Positions 30,703 to 42,960 of a stretch of DNA of 64,000 nt are shown here, piece after piece. How positions within the stretch are numbered: position 1 is the first letter of the stretch; every line of letters starts with the position of its first letter. Under the pieces are notes generated by a model, which was given only the letters and a program-made list of their open reading frames with translations, had not been told where the DNA came from and made no database searches. This stretch comes from a virus: the IMG/VR virus record IMGVR_UViG_3300045988_140636; one strand, 5' to 3'. Both the position numbers and the translations under genes were made by a program.

Positions 30703-30730
30703 TCTACAATATGCTTCATTAGTAGACACT

Positions 30731-33700
30731 TCATTGTTTAAAGAATGGAATTCCTGTTTCTGGATGTAATCCCCTGTATATAGTTCTATTCATTGGAATT
30801 ACAGGAGATTCAAAGAATGACTTATATGCTGTGCTATGTCCTTCATATCTGCCTGATTGTATCTCATCTGTATAGTTCCAAGGATTGAGTAATTTAGTTA
30901 AATCCAGTATATTTTCTATTGTATTTACACCAGCAGCAGGAGATTTAACGATCTTTAAGCCTTCTGAAATCATAGATTTTCCAGGTATCATAGCACCTAA
31001 TTCAGTATATAATCTTCTCGTCTGGTATTCAGTCATTCTGACTAGCCATGGCCTATCCTTATCATCAGACCACTTAATGAGACCTATAATAGCCATTACT
31101 GCTAAGAAATGCCCTGTTTCAGTTAAGGCTCTTTTTATATTAGCTTTTTCAGTAGAAGTAAGTTCATTCCACCTAGCGGCAATATTAAATTGAGTCTCTC
31201 TTAAATCTCTTGCGAGCTGCAATAGAAATCTACCACTCGTTCTATAATAACCTTCAGTCCAAGCATCTAAGTCATAGTTATATGAAGCTGATTTGAATCT
31301 TCTATTCAAAGATGGTTTTATCCACTTCCTGAACATCATACCCATTCTACCAATAGCCAATCTCTGTACTGCAGATCTATCAGCTTTATTATAAATACCG
31401 TGCATTCTCTGATTAATCGCAGCACTTCTTCGACTAAATTTAATAATATCATCTTGTGTGAAATCAGAACCATCAGCTTTTTTATAACCCTGCTTTAATT
31501 GAAGTTTAGTCCCTAGTTTCTTATTATTTTTATCAATAGGTACTACCTCCATGGCATCCCATAGACTAACAATCTTACCATTAGGAGCTTTCATCTTATA
31601 AGCATCTGCTAATGCTAAAGAAGTTCTATTCTGCATCCAGTGTTCTCCTGCATTATTCATAAAGAATAATGTAGATGTGCCAAACATTCTGCTGAACCAA
31701 GTCTTCCTATCAAAGTTCACTTCTCTGACATCCTGCTCATATTCCTGCATTACATTGAACAACTCATCCCATAGGGCAAGTTTGCTTGTCTTTACTCTAT
31801 TGCCTATCTCAGCAAGATATGCAGGAAGAGATTGACCATATATCCTATCAGCAGTAATTGTATTCTTCTCATTGAAGAACTCACCAGCAAATGACTCAAT
31901 TCTCATCATCACTTTACCAGTAGCTATATTGGAAATACCTGAAAGAACATTGAGTGCTAAGTTGTTCATAGAAGTAACTCTATTTGCAAAGTTAGCAACT
32001 TTACCCTTATCAATATTTGTCTTGCCAAATGTACCTTCATCTGCCATGTATCTTCCATATACTTGCATTTCAAAGAAGTCATTCAGTCTTTGGACAAATC
32101 TTGTAGCTTCTCCTTCTTTGGTTAATTTACTCTCAACCTTTCTACCTACTGCCTTGAACTTTTCTACAAGTGGCTTACCCCCTTGAGTTTGAATTACTTG
32201 CCTTTCTCTTAACAAGTCTCTACCTAATTCAAGCACATCAATAACCTTGTTCATTTCATCAAAGTCATTAGCCATTGCAGCATAGGCTGTGAGAGTACTT
32301 ACAATGTCAGTAGACAAGTCATTTGCACTTTCTCCCTCTTTCAGTTTAGTAAAGTATATAGGAAGAGTCTGTACCTCATTGCCTTCAAAGTCCTTCACTG
32401 TAGCTCTGTCTCCAAAGTCCACATCATCAGTTCTTCTAATAAACTCATCCTTGATACTTTTCCATATCTGCTTTGCCCCTGACCTCACACCATCAGATGA
32501 CTTAACTCTCTCAAGTAAGTCCTTTCTTATCTTGACAGCATTAGTAAGTGTAGTGTACTTCTCAGGCAAATAAGAATCCAACTGGGACTTAATGTTCATC
32601 ACTGTATCATAATACTCTTTCTGAGCTGCATTTAGTCTTTGGTATTGCTTATTACCATAGATTGACATCTTAGGTACTTTCTTACCATTGACTATTTCCA
32701 TATTGGCATCAAACCAAGCTTGTCTTTCTTTCTTATACTTCTCAGCATTTTCACCAACAGGGTTCTTTCCATACTTCTCATTAAGAGATTTGAACATTTC
32801 CCTTACTTTCTCCTTGAACAGGGCTTGATTGATTTCAGAGATGTAATTACCACTTAAATTACCCTTACTATCCCTCTCAAACATCCAGTCAGTATTCTTA
32901 ATACCAGCCTTTTCAAGTTTGATAGTAGCAGCCTGTAATTGTTTCATCACATCAATGGTTCTTGATCTTGCCTGTTCTTTACTCTTCTTGACAGCTTGAT
33001 CCATTACCTTTAACATATAATCCGAAGAATCTGCCATACTATCCAGCCATCTATCAAAGAAAGATATATCCTTATCAGCCATCTTCACCAAATCCTCGGC
33101 CTTAATTACTTTACCCTTAAATTTGCCAAAAGGTATCATAATATTTTCCCCTACAAAAGGTTTGATAAAGTCTACAAATAATGGCATAGACACACTATTA
33201 TATTTAACAAATAAGTCTCCAAGCAAGTTAGAAGTATCATTTAATAATACTCTCACTCTTTGACCATACCTATTGTCATCATATCTCTCTTCATCCACTA
33301 GTGCCTTCCTTATGTCCTCTATAATATTCTTATAAGAGTACATATAATTCCTCACATCCCTTAATACAGAAGCTCTCTTATTTACATTAGTTGCCGGAGT
33401 ATCCCTTAGTAATTCAAGTCTGTAACTTACTTTTTGTAACTCTTCAAGAGCATTATCAAGAAAAGAGTAAATTCCTTCAATTTCATTGTTATCATATAGC
33501 TCCATTTCTAGTCTATCAATAAGGAGCCTTTGATTGGTACTAAATTGACTATTAGGATTTCTCTTTTCGTAAATCTTAAGTCTTCTAAGCTCATTATTAA
33601 TAATATTCTGTAGTACTTTTCTATCTCTTTGAATTCTTTCATTGGTTTGATAGAATAGATCAGATGACTTGATATTATCTATACTTATCTCCTCATCCAT

Positions 33701-34768
33701 TCTACCATTAAGGATATCCCTTGCTAATCTACTAAAATCTTTATCTGCTTCATATATAGCTTTTTGTATCTGGTTGACATTTATGGTCTTGAAGAAGGAT
33801 TTAATAGCTGAGATAACTCTCTCCAATAAGTTCTTATAGGGTTTCTGTTCTATGGGTTCTGATTTTAACAAATGTTTTGCAAGTAATTTACCTGCTGCTT
33901 CCTTGGCTAATTTAGAAGTATCTCCATTATAGAGTGTATTATATGTATCATATTCATCACCAAGTATTTCATCTACGAGACCATTTGAATTTAGGTTATT
34001 GATTAATCTATTAATAATAGGAGACTCTCCCATAGCTTCAATAGCAAAGTGAGCAAACTCTTCAGGAAGAGCTTTCTCTCCTTCAATACCATTAGCCAAC
34101 CTAATCATCTCTACTAATCCATTAGCTGCTGTTTTTGCTGTATCAAAATCAGTAACCCCATTAATACCCATTCTTTTCTCAAGATTTGTAAGAACTCCTG
34201 TTGTAACACCGTTAGCTGCTAGAATATCTCTTAATCTATTATTGAGATTGGAATTGTATATCATTTTATCAGCTTCAATTGAATTGAGCCTATTTCTCTT
34301 TTCAACTTTTACTCCTATGAGTATTCTTGGTGATTCAGTATCTTGAATCTTAATGATTCTAGCTACATAATCATCTCTGAAATCTGAGGTTTGATTGAAT
34401 GAGATTGCTTTCTGTAATAGTGTCTGATAGTTCTCATCATTATTTATCCAAAGAGCGGGTCTATTCATTCCTCTCTTATAGTATCCAATATCTCTATTCA
34501 GCTTTTCAAGTACTTTAGACTCAGGAATAACATCACTAAAATTAGTCTTTTTCAGCAAACTATTGATTGTGGGTTCATTGTTTTCATCTAATGTTAGCTT
34601 AGAATTCCAATTCTTAATAAATTCACTACTCTTAGTAATTAAATAAAGTCTGGTAGCTTCTGATCTATTATTCCCAGTGTAGGCAAGCAAGCCCTTGAAG
34701 AGCTTGCTGTCTACTATCTGGCCTTTATCATTTCTCACTTGAGGAATAATTGCACAATTTCTTGACAT
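30731..34768 (-). CDS. giant virion protein (1345 aa), function unknown; immediately downstream of the virion RNA polymerase gene
   Basis: 4 kb ORF, 6-nt gap to upstream gene. Confidence 0.45.
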   Translation of the reverse strand: MSRNCAIIPQVRNDKGQIVDSKLFKGLLAYTGNNRSEATRLYLITKSSEFIKNWNSKLTLDENNEPTINSLLKKTNFSDVIPESKVLEKLNRDIGYYKRGMNRPALWINNDENYQTLLQKAISFNQTSDFRDDYVARIIKIQDTESPRILIGVKVEKRNRLNSIEADKMIYNSNLNNRLRDILAANGVTTGVLTNLEKRMGINGVTDFDTAKTAANGLVEMIRLANGIEGEKALPEEFAHFAIEAMGESPIINRLINNLNSNGLVDEILGDEYDTYNTLYNGDTSKLAKEAAGKLLAKHLLKSEPIEQKPYKNLLERVISAIKSFFKTINVNQIQKAIYEADKDFSRLARDILNGRMDEEISIDNIKSSDLFYQTNERIQRDRKVLQNIINNELRRLKIYEKRNPNSQFSTNQRLLIDRLEMELYDNNEIEGIYSFLDNALEELQKVSYRLELLRDTPATNVNKRASVLRDVRNYMYSYKNIIEDIRKALVDEERYDDNRYGQRVRVLLNDTSNLLGDLFVKYNSVSMPLFVDFIKPFVGENIMIPFGKFKGKVIKAEDLVKMADKDISFFDRWLDSMADSSDYMLKVMDQAVKKSKEQARSRTIDVMKQLQAATIKLEKAGIKNTDWMFERDSKGNLSGNYISEINQALFKEKVREMFKSLNEKYGKNPVGENAEKYKKERQAWFDANMEIVNGKKVPKMSIYGNKQYQRLNAAQKEYYDTVMNIKSQLDSYLPEKYTTLTNAVKIRKDLLERVKSSDGVRSGAKQIWKSIKDEFIRRTDDVDFGDRATVKDFEGNEVQTLPIYFTKLKEGESANDLSTDIVSTLTAYAAMANDFDEMNKVIDVLELGRDLLRERQVIQTQGGKPLVEKFKAVGRKVESKLTKEGEATRFVQRLNDFFEMQVYGRYMADEGTFGKTNIDKGKVANFANRVTSMNNLALNVLSGISNIATGKVMMRIESFAGEFFNEKNTITADRIYGQSLPAYLAEIGNRVKTSKLALWDELFNVMQEYEQDVREVNFDRKTWFSRMFGTSTLFFMNNAGEHWMQNRTSLALADAYKMKAPNGKIVSLWDAMEVVPIDKNNKKLGTKLQLKQGYKKADGSDFTQDDIIKFSRRSAAINQRMHGIYNKADRSAVQRLAIGRMGMMFRKWIKPSLNRRFKSASYNYDLDAWTEGYYRTSGRFLLQLARDLRETQFNIAARWNELTSTEKANIKRALTETGHFLAVMAIIGLIKWSDDKDRPWLVRMTEYQTRRLYTELGAMIPGKSMISEGLKIVKSPAAGVNTIENILDLTKLLNPWNYTDEIQSGRYEGHSTAYKSFFESPVIPMNRTIYRGLHPETGIPFFKQ

Positions 34769-34774
34769 ATCTTA

Positions 34775-37630
34775 TTAACTTAATAAATTTATTGTACCAC
34801 AAATACTGTCACCATTTTCATCTCTATAATCTACATTAGGCTGAATAGACGTTACATCATTTTCTGAACCTGAGGGAATTTCAAGGGAAGAGCCATATAT
34901 ATCTTCATAAGCCTGTCTTAATGCATCCTCACTAAAGGCCTCTCTGTACATTTCAGAATAAGCCAAATCCTCTTCTGTCATTTGAGGAGTTTCATAAGAA
35001 GTAACTGCTTCATCAATAACAGCATTAGGATTATAACCTTTCTTGTTCTTATCAATTACAGAAGTCATTTCACTTGCTTCCTTACCATACTCATATTCAA
35101 TAAAGCTATTCTTGAATCCAAGTGGCTCAATCCTTCTATAGACGGCTACATTAGACTCTTCAACTCTATCTGCAGTTAATCTGTAATAAATATAGTTACC
35201 TTTGTTTCTTCTTGCAATGAAATCAAAGAAGTCATATACAGGACCATCAGGAGTATCTATTCTCTTCTTGATGATTTTTTTATCCCCAAAATTAGCATTT
35301 TCATCTATTACAAATGTAACTTCATCCTTAATCCCATTATCTTCACCTCTAAATAAAGTTGAAGCATCATCAGGAATTTCAGGAACAAGCTTTCTATTAT
35401 CAAGATGATTGTAGACATACTGTTCAACAAAGTCACTATAGTCATCCTCGGATGTAAGGAGACTTCTTAGTGTTTCAATATACTCTGGAACTGCACTTCT
35501 TACAGCTACAGGAGCTAAATGAATAAAGGTATTAGGACCAAATGCAAAGCCATTTCTGTAGAAGCTGTATCTGAATAAGTTAAGAGCAAGCTTTTGAGCT
35601 TCTGGGTTACTCATATATAATAGAGAAGTCCAGTCTCTCATATATCTTTCTCTTAGAGTGGGACTCAATTGACCAACATTCTTAAACACCACAGTGTCCA
35701 CAGGATTTGTATCATTTGCCCTTATCACTCTAAGTCTCTTAATAAACTCAAGGTCAGCTATATCCTCATTCTCTGCAACCACTTTCTTGAAGTAAGTTGG
35801 GAAATTATTGATGAAGTCCCTTCTCTTGTCAGCAGATGTAATCATCTTTGTAGGATTACCATTCTCATCTACTGAACTCCAATCAGGTTCTGCACCAAAG
35901 AAATCTGTCTTAGACATTATATAAGCAAGCAAATCATTGTAAATACTATTCATAGTCTTCACATTTAATCTACCTGTCTTTGTCATGTTTCTAAGAACAT
36001 CAACTACCTCATCAAATGACTCAGTGAATTGAGGGAAATACTTGCTTAACATTCTCTCTGATTGCTTCAATCCAAGTGTGTAGAATGCCTGTAAGAAAGG
36101 CAATTTACTTGCAAGCAATTGCTCTCTTATGTTGTCAATGTCATCATTAAGAGAAATACTGTCACTGATTACATCTGCCCCTACAAGTGGAAACTTGTCA
36201 TTCTCCTCCATATCTTTCAAGAAGTCTTGAACCTTTTGGATTTTGAGCTTTGTATCAGCAATAGTTGGACCTGCTGCACCACCTTGAGTATCAGACCTTG
36301 TAGCTTGCACAAGCTGACCAAGGCTATCAGCAGTTCTCATTATTCTCTTAAATAGGAATCCTACAGCAACTTGTTTCTTATAGAACTCAACCTTACTGTA
36401 ATCAGAAGTCTGATGGGCACTTGTGATGCCTGCCATTTCCTTTGCAATAAGGATGTTGTTGGCAAGGTCTTCAATTAGGAAGTCATTATTCTTATAGTTA
36501 TCATAAGTAACTTCTTCCATCATTGCAGCCTTCTTCTTATATTCTACAAGGATTTCATCAATCACAGTGTCCTTACCTTTACCTTCTCTACTCTCCCTAA
36601 AATAAGTCTGGGTAATATCCATAACAATAGGTTGTGTCATAAGCAAACCTATCTCAATAGGGTTATAACCTAGTCTTGAAAGAAGCATAGAAGCATCAGC
36701 AGTGAATGTATTTTGGTTAATACCAGCCAACACAGGATCTTTCACATTATCCACAGATGCAGCCAAGAAACCTGCATTATTCTTTGATATAAACTCTTTG
36801 TCTTCATTCATAATGTTATGTAAAGAAATAAGTCTCTTCCCATTCAATATAAATGAGCCATTCTCTACATCAAGGCCTAATTCAGTATGTTGCATTAAAG
36901 CATGATTAGCATTATGATTTGCATATATACCTATCAGTTTTGCACCAGTCATATTCTGTTGATGAAGTTGTACTTGAGTTCTTGGAGAAATAGGGTCAAG
37001 TCTTTTCTTAGTTTTTTCAGTAAGCCTATCAAGTTCTTTTAAATCCATTGAAAGTAACTTAGTAATAATCGAGCCATCAGAAATATTTAAGTCTCTTTTT
37101 AAATCTGATTCATAGCTCGAACTAAGAATACTAATAATTCTTGCAGCTTTCTTTTGATAATCAAAACCACCTGGGTTAAGAATCTTAGAGGCTGTATCTG
37201 TATTCGTTAGAACTCCCCACATCATATCTATCATCAAGTTGTTTCTTGCTTCAAGACTATTTTCTTGTGGAGTTTTATTAAAGTCATACTTTACTTTTCT
37301 AATCTTGTATGTATCAAGTCTGTACTTTTCCTTGTTTTCTTCAAACCATTTCTTAAACTCTACAGGTGCATTTGCAAAGTCCTCTAATAGATTTCCTGCC
37401 CTAAATAAGGTAGCTAATTCATCAAGTATTTCTTGCTCACCTTTAAAGTCCTGTTTTGCTCTTCTGAAGTCAAACTTATCTACCTTGAATTCAGGAAGCA
37501 TAATATACATCTTATCCACATCAAAGTCAGAACCTGACAGAGTGGTAATCTCAGCAGGAAGCATAATTGCAGAACCATTCTGTTGAGGTAAGAATCCTTT
37601 GATATACAAAGGAGCCATTGAGTACTTATC
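34775..37630 (-). CDS. virion-packaged RNA polymerase candidate (crAss-type, DFDVD motif), exon 2; precise 3' splice site within ~37625-37640 unresolved; ORF-track start 37696 is a GTG inside the intron
   Basis: Frame open from intron 3' region; SGSDFDVDKMY motif resembles DxDxD catalytic motif of crAss-like virion RNAP; S element and P9 hairpins lie at 37640-37716 so true exon starts downstream of annotated M. Confidence 0.5.
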   Translation of the reverse strand, partial: DKYSMAPLYIKGFLPQQNGSAIMLPAEITTLSGSDFDVDKMYIMLPEFKVDKFDFRRAKQDFKGEQEILDELATLFRAGNLLEDFANAPVEFKKWFEENKEKYRLDTYKIRKVKYDFNKTPQENSLEARNNLMIDMMWGVLTNTDTASKILNPGGFDYQKKAARIISILSSSYESDLKRDLNISDGSIITKLLSMDLKELDRLTEKTKKRLDPISPRTQVQLHQQNMTGAKLIGIYANHNANHALMQHTELGLDVENGSFILNGKRLISLHNIMNEDKEFISKNNAGFLAASVDNVKDPVLAGINQNTFTADASMLLSRLGYNPIEIGLLMTQPIVMDITQTYFRESREGKGKDTVIDEILVEYKKKAAMMEEVTYDNYKNNDFLIEDLANNILIAKEMAGITSAHQTSDYSKVEFYKKQVAVGFLFKRIMRTADSLGQLVQATRSDTQGGAAGPTIADTKLKIQKVQDFLKDMEENDKFPLVGADVISDSISLNDDIDNIREQLLASKLPFLQAFYTLGLKQSERMLSKYFPQFTESFDEVVDVLRNMTKTGRLNVKTMNSIYNDLLAYIMSKTDFFGAEPDWSSVDENGNPTKMITSADKRRDFINNFPTYFKKVVAENEDIADLEFIKRLRVIRANDTNPVDTVVFKNVGQLSPTLRERYMRDWTSLLYMSNPEAQKLALNLFRYSFYRNGFAFGPNTFIHLAPVAVRSAVPEYIETLRSLLTSEDDYSDFVEQYVYNHLDNRKLVPEIPDDASTLFRGEDNGIKDEVTFVIDENANFGDKKIIKKRIDTPDGPVYDFFDFIARRNKGNYIYYRLTADRVEESNVAVYRRIEPLGFKNSFIEYEYGKEASEMTSVIDKNKKGYNPNAVIDEAVTSYETPQMTEEDLAYSEMYREAFSEDALRQAYEDIYGSSLEIPSGSENDVTSIQPNVDYRDENGDSICGTINLLS

Positions 37631-38540
37631 TTCAGTTGGTTGTTTTGTTATCTTACAGATGTTTATTCTGTAATTCTTTATGTTTCCATAAAGCACGGAC
37701 TATATCTTCATCCTATAAGGATGTTGGGCACTCGTGGGTATATTATATTCTATTTTCATAGTTTCAATACCTAGTCTCTGAACCTTTTATAACCATTTAA
37801 GTTATAACTTGGCTGCTGATTGTCCCTACTTATTGAATTGTCACACACTTGCATATTCCCAGTAATAACCATATCTTTTCTGATGAGTTTTAATACCACT
37901 AATTATGTTAGCATCTTTCCTAATATTTCCTAATTGTCTGGCAGCTTCTCTAATAGATTGGTAAGTATTTATAATATTACCATCATTATCTATTTGATTA
38001 ATCTGTCTTTTATTAGGATTAGATTCTCTAAGTTTTAATCCTATTTTAACTGCTTTATTTCCATAACAGTTATTATAAGACTTAGTACACCATTCAAGAT
38101 TTTCTACAGAATTATTAGTCTTATTTTCATCTTTGTGGTTTATACATTCCAAATTGTTAGGATTTGGAATAAAAGTATCAGCTACTATTCTATGTACTGC
38201 AATAGTTCTTTTCTTGTTAGTGTCATCGTATAATTTCACTATAGGATAGCCACTACTATCAAGTACTGAGGATAAAGGTTTCAAAATGTTACCTTGTCTA
38301 TAACTAAATACTTTACCACTTTTAGTTACTTTATAGCTTGGATATTCTCCAAATCTACTTTTAATATTAAATAGTTCTTCTTCCATATAATGTTTTTGTG
38401 TAGATTTATATGTGCAAAGATACTATAAATATTTGAATTATGCAAATTTTGTATCAATAATCTAACAGGATGTTCCAGCAATTCACCCAATTTATTATTC
38501 TTTAGTATTACTACTAAAGCGAGTCCCAATCTTTCGATTA
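37631..38540 (-). ncRNA. group I intron with HNH homing endonuclease inserted between P and Q elements (boundaries approximate)
   Basis: Minus-strand reading: P gggtgaattgctggaac (38496-38480), Q caatcagcagcc (37822-37811), R ggttcagagactagg (~37785-37771), S gaagatatagtccgtg (37716-37701), P9 hairpin ctttatggaaacataaag; exon 1 ORF stop at 38538-38540. Confidence 0.65.
37841..38386 (-). CDS. HNH homing endonuclease (HNH_3/NUMOD), intron-encoded
   Basis: AVHRIVADTFIPNP...INHKDENKTNNSVENLEWCT HNH signature. Confidence 0.8.
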   Translation of the reverse strand: MEEELFNIKSRFGEYPSYKVTKSGKVFSYRQGNILKPLSSVLDSSGYPIVKLYDDTNKKRTIAVHRIVADTFIPNPNNLECINHKDENKTNNSVENLEWCTKSYNNCYGNKAVKIGLKLRESNPNKRQINQIDNDGNIINTYQSIREAARQLGNIRKDANIISGIKTHQKRYGYYWEYASV

Positions 38541-41500
38541 AACTCTATAACCAATCAACTTCCTAAGATCTTTAGGAAGTTTGGTAATATCAAGTTCATG
38601 AGTTCCTTCCTTCATAAGGGGTTCATAGAACTCTCTTGAATAAGCTGGCATGTAACATTCAAGATATTTAATTCTCTTGTTCTCACCTTCCCCTTCAAAT
38701 ACCACATGAAGTTCATCAGTTAAGCCATAATCAGATACCTGAATCAATGCTCCACCTCTAATCTTCTGTTTGGTGATTTTGCTCTTGATGATACTATTAA
38801 GAAGAGTCTGTACTCTTTGAGATTGTACAGGATCAAATAATGGAATATTGAACTGACCATTCTCATTAAGGGTACAGGCTCTGACCATATCAATTCCATA
38901 TCTCTGATTACCTCTAATCTCTTCAAGTAGTGCCTCCTCTATCTTCTTAGGGTCTTTGAATATATCATTCACATTCTTGAATGCTTGCAAGATATTCTCA
39001 GTATTGATTGCATTATACAGGTCCAGCCATTCCTGCTTGGTCATTTTCTTACCATCAACCTCAATGATAGCATCTGATGCAATATCAGCAGTAATCAACT
39101 TTCTAATCTGAGTACCTACAAGCTGCACAGCATCAATAGCATGTTCAGGAGTTGCAGTCTGAATACCATAATCTTCATAGCTTATTTTATGTACTACATT
39201 AGGATTCTCAATACCATTAGGCATAGTAGTATTCTTCAATACCTCCTTTACTTGCCTGAAGTCACTAACCTCGTTAAGGTCAATAACACCTTGCTTCCCG
39301 ACTTTAGTAGTAGATTCAAATTGAACTACATCAATATTGTTCTCTTCCATGAATTCATTAATAGCTTTAAGCTTGCTTGATTTACTAAGTGGACCAGCTA
39401 TTAACTCATGCATGGCAAGTAATAAGAATTCAGAGTTCTTATGCTGTACAGGAGTCTTAATACCAGTATGACCTTCTACACCACTCATGTTGCTAATTTG
39501 GGTATATACATAAGGTTTCTTAGTCTGCCAGATGATATTAAAGTCAGCAATGTTCCAAGTACCATTTTTGAAATTATTATATGCCTGCTCCATCTCATCT
39601 GTCCATTGGCCAGACATACCAAGTATTGCTCTATAGGAGCTTAAACTTCTATAAGCCTGTGCATCTGCAACATTAACTGCCTTAAACTTGTTAATAATAT
39701 TATCTCTATCCATCTTGGGCATTTCACCTTTCTTAACTCTCTCATCAAGAACTGTTTCAATATCACTCAGTACTGAAGATACAACCTCATCATCCTTCAA
39801 GTAGATAGTTCTTTCCCAATCTCTACCAATTCTTTCTCCCTTATAAGTAGCTTTGGTATTCATTCTAAGAGCTGGGGCATGAACCTCCTTATATCTCTTC
39901 TGAAAGTCCTCTACATTCTTATAGAAAGCTAAGTCGGTAGTAGTTAACTCAATAATTTGAGAAGTAGCTAATTTACTATTCCAGTAATACTCTCTTAATG
40001 CAGCTTTTGTATTATTCTTTACTATAAGGTTTTTGTTAATACTATCTGCTTCTTGTTTAGTAATATCTCCTCTTATAGACTTCTGATTTATTAAGTCTTT
40101 AATTTGTTGGAACAAATCTGTAGCAACTCTATCATCTACTGGATTATTGTTGTTATAATCTTTCAATAACAACTCCATATCAGTAGTCCATAAAGTAGTA
40201 CCAAGGATTTCTTTAGCTTTGATAAGAGACTTTGCAGTTCTTGAGTTCTGCTGTGATTGACCTGCAAAAGGTAAGTACTTATACTTTCCATTTGGTAACT
40301 CATCAAATAAACCAATTCTTGCCCAGTCTCTATATGCCTCTTCAAAGCCATTATCCATAACTTCTCTAAGAGTATCTCTAATGAATTCCTTTAACTCAGC
40401 ACCACTGCCTTCCCTGCTCAATCTACTCAATCTGTCAAGGAATGTTTCTCCATTATTATATCTAATGGAATTAAGTGCAGGTAAGAACTTAAACTCAGCT
40501 CCCCCTATACTCTTAATACTTCCATCCTTCTTCCTGGAAATATCATAGTTTGCTATAGGGGAGATGTTTGGATTATTATTCTGAAATTCCTCATCTCTTG
40601 CTCTGACAAGCATTATTCTGTCATATTCTTGATTGACTAAATCAGTTAGTTTATCAAGGATAATATCATCATAAGTCAGCTTGTTCCCATTCTCATCATA
40701 TTCAACTCCACTTACATATTTTCTGAATCTAATGAATTCAGCAGAAGGAGAATCTGAAAGAATAGGGACATGATACCAGGCCCACTTCACACTTGTTCTA
40801 CTATCTTCTGGGTCTCCCCAATATTCAGTAAGAAGTGCTAAGGTATAATCTAAGTCATCCCAGTTAGTGTAGTCCACTTTATCAGAGTTCAATACTACTT
40901 TATGATTTAGGCCTCTTCTCATTTCCTCAGAGTTAACCAGTTGCTCTAACCAGTCACTTCTCCATCTCCCATCTTTAAAGAACCACTCATATTGCTTAAA
41001 CTCAGTATTAATAAATTCTTCAAATCTCTTCCTATCTCCTCTTACATTCTTAAGCTGTTTAATTAACTTTCCAAGATAATTTGGGGTGACATGAGAGTAA
41101 TAAGACTTATCATTCTCTCTAACACTACTTTCAATAGCATCTTCAGTTACATTAGCCATCATATTTGCAATCGCACTATAAGCTGAACCAAATGTATTGA
41201 TTAAGTCTCCTCTCTTCTCTATTCCATCTTCTCCTGTTTCTGACTTTATTTCCCCCTTCTTGATTCCTTTGAATATAATATTCAATTGAGGTAGTAGGAC
41301 CATAATAGGGTCAGTAAACTTAGCTGTATCAGAAGTTCTAATATCAGTTAGTGCATTTCTTAATATAGAGGGATTGGCATCAATACCAATCATATTCAAC
41401 AGCTTTAGTATAGTTTTCCAGATCCTATCATCCTCAAGAAGTTCTAATCTTGCTTCAGTATCCAAATTAGAGAATTTATTGTTTAGAGTTTCGACCCACT

Positions 41501-42890
41501 TAAGACCTTTTTCAGCATTTTCAATATTTATGTCCCCATTCTTCTCATATACACTATCATTATCAAGTTGCATACCATTCTCATAGTTATCTCTCCAAGC
41601 ATCAAGAAGGTAATATACACCTTCAGGCTTGTTAATAGCAATGGTTTGCATCTTGAATGTACCATCAAGCATCGTCTTTTTCTTCTGGATCCAATAGGGT
41701 ACGAAATCCTTTCTGAAATCTTGATAGAATTGAGAAAATAGCGTATCATCCTCCTCAAGCAATTCTCTTACTTGAGTCACCCAAGGTTTATTCCTTTCGA
41801 GCCCCTGTATAAGAGGGATCATATCTTCAGAAGTAATCATATCTCTCAACTTGTCGATAAGAGTTGCATGAACATAATCAGCATCTAAATACCTTAGATT
41901 ACCCAAATCATCTTCCTTATACATTCCTTCATAGTCAAGCCTGGGTATTTCCCTAATAACTTTTCTAACTGCTTGAGATAAAGATTCATGGGAACTAACT
42001 TGTCTAAAGTTAGTCATCCAGCCATCTTTAAAAGTCTCTTCCTTATTATAATCATCAGCTTGCTCATCAAGCTCACTGTATCCTTCAGGAGTATCATCAT
42101 TTAAGTTAGCATCTTTAGGAGCACTATAGTTCAAGTCAATTCTAACTCCTTCTGTCATTACGAGTAATGTGCTAGCTTCTTCTGCCAAAGGTTTAAAGTT
42201 ATCAACAACTTTTCTATAAGCTTGTTCCTTATATACAGCTTTTCTTCTTGCAGCATCCAATTTTTGTTCATCAGAGAATCTTTCAGATTCATCTATAACA
42301 CCCTCATCAATTAATGTCTGCTCTCTTGCATTTATTGCCCCAAGTTCAATTTGTACTCTATTCTCTTCTGTATCGTTGATATAGGATTGAAATATATCCA
42401 ATACTCTGTCAAATAATCCAGCAGGGGTGTATTTCTTTATGGCATCAAATCTATTAAGGGAGCTTAACTCCATCTGTAATTGTAATCTTTCTTCATCAGA
42501 AGCTGTATCCATTCTCTTATTAAGAGAATCATTCATTTCCTGTAGTGCTTTATCTACCTCATTACTAAAGAATCTAGCAATAAGGCTTACTCTATCTCTT
42601 CTAGTTCTTGGGTCAAAGTCTAAATCAACCTTAGCTTGCTCTTCAATAGAAGAGATCTTAGGAGTGTCAAATGAAGTAGATAATGCTTCATCAAGCATTT
42701 CTATTGTATCTGCACTTCTGAGTTTAAATCTGAAATCATTAAGTTCCTTTGCAGAAGGATACTCTTCAATAGATTTATTATTCTCTTTTTGCCATAAAGC
42801 TACAAGGCCCTTTACAGATTCTTCTGTCTCACCTTGTAACTTCTCAGTTAAGTGCCTAATCTCTTTAGTTGCTACTAAACAATTATTCAT
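38541..42890 (-). CDS. virion-packaged RNA polymerase candidate, exon 1 (1450 aa); together with exon 2 ~2400 aa
   Basis: Long ORF ending ...KLIGYRV immediately before intron core; promoter-like TAccTTTG 30 nt upstream of ATG. Confidence 0.5.
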
Positions 42891-42919
42891 ATAATATACT
42901 TGTTAAATAAAAACAATAG

Positions 42920-42960
42920 CAAAGGTAAGTATTTATCCTTAATAAACCAAGGTATTAAGT
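42920..42960 (-). promoter_or_regulatory. promoter candidate for RNA polymerase gene (taccTTTG box at 42927-42920 on minus strand)
   Basis: TAnnTTTG 30 nt upstream of ATG 42890; 308-nt AT-rich intergenic region. Confidence 0.3.

Noticed and set aside
37694-37696. Annotated start codons of ORFs 34775-37696, 48792-49112, 59158-59652 and 5362-6216 as genuine translation starts
   Set aside because: They are GTG/TTG triplets lying inside or at the last nucleotides of intron 3' regions (within S/P9 structure), created by the ORF finder accepting alternative starts; the real proteins continue from upstream exons.
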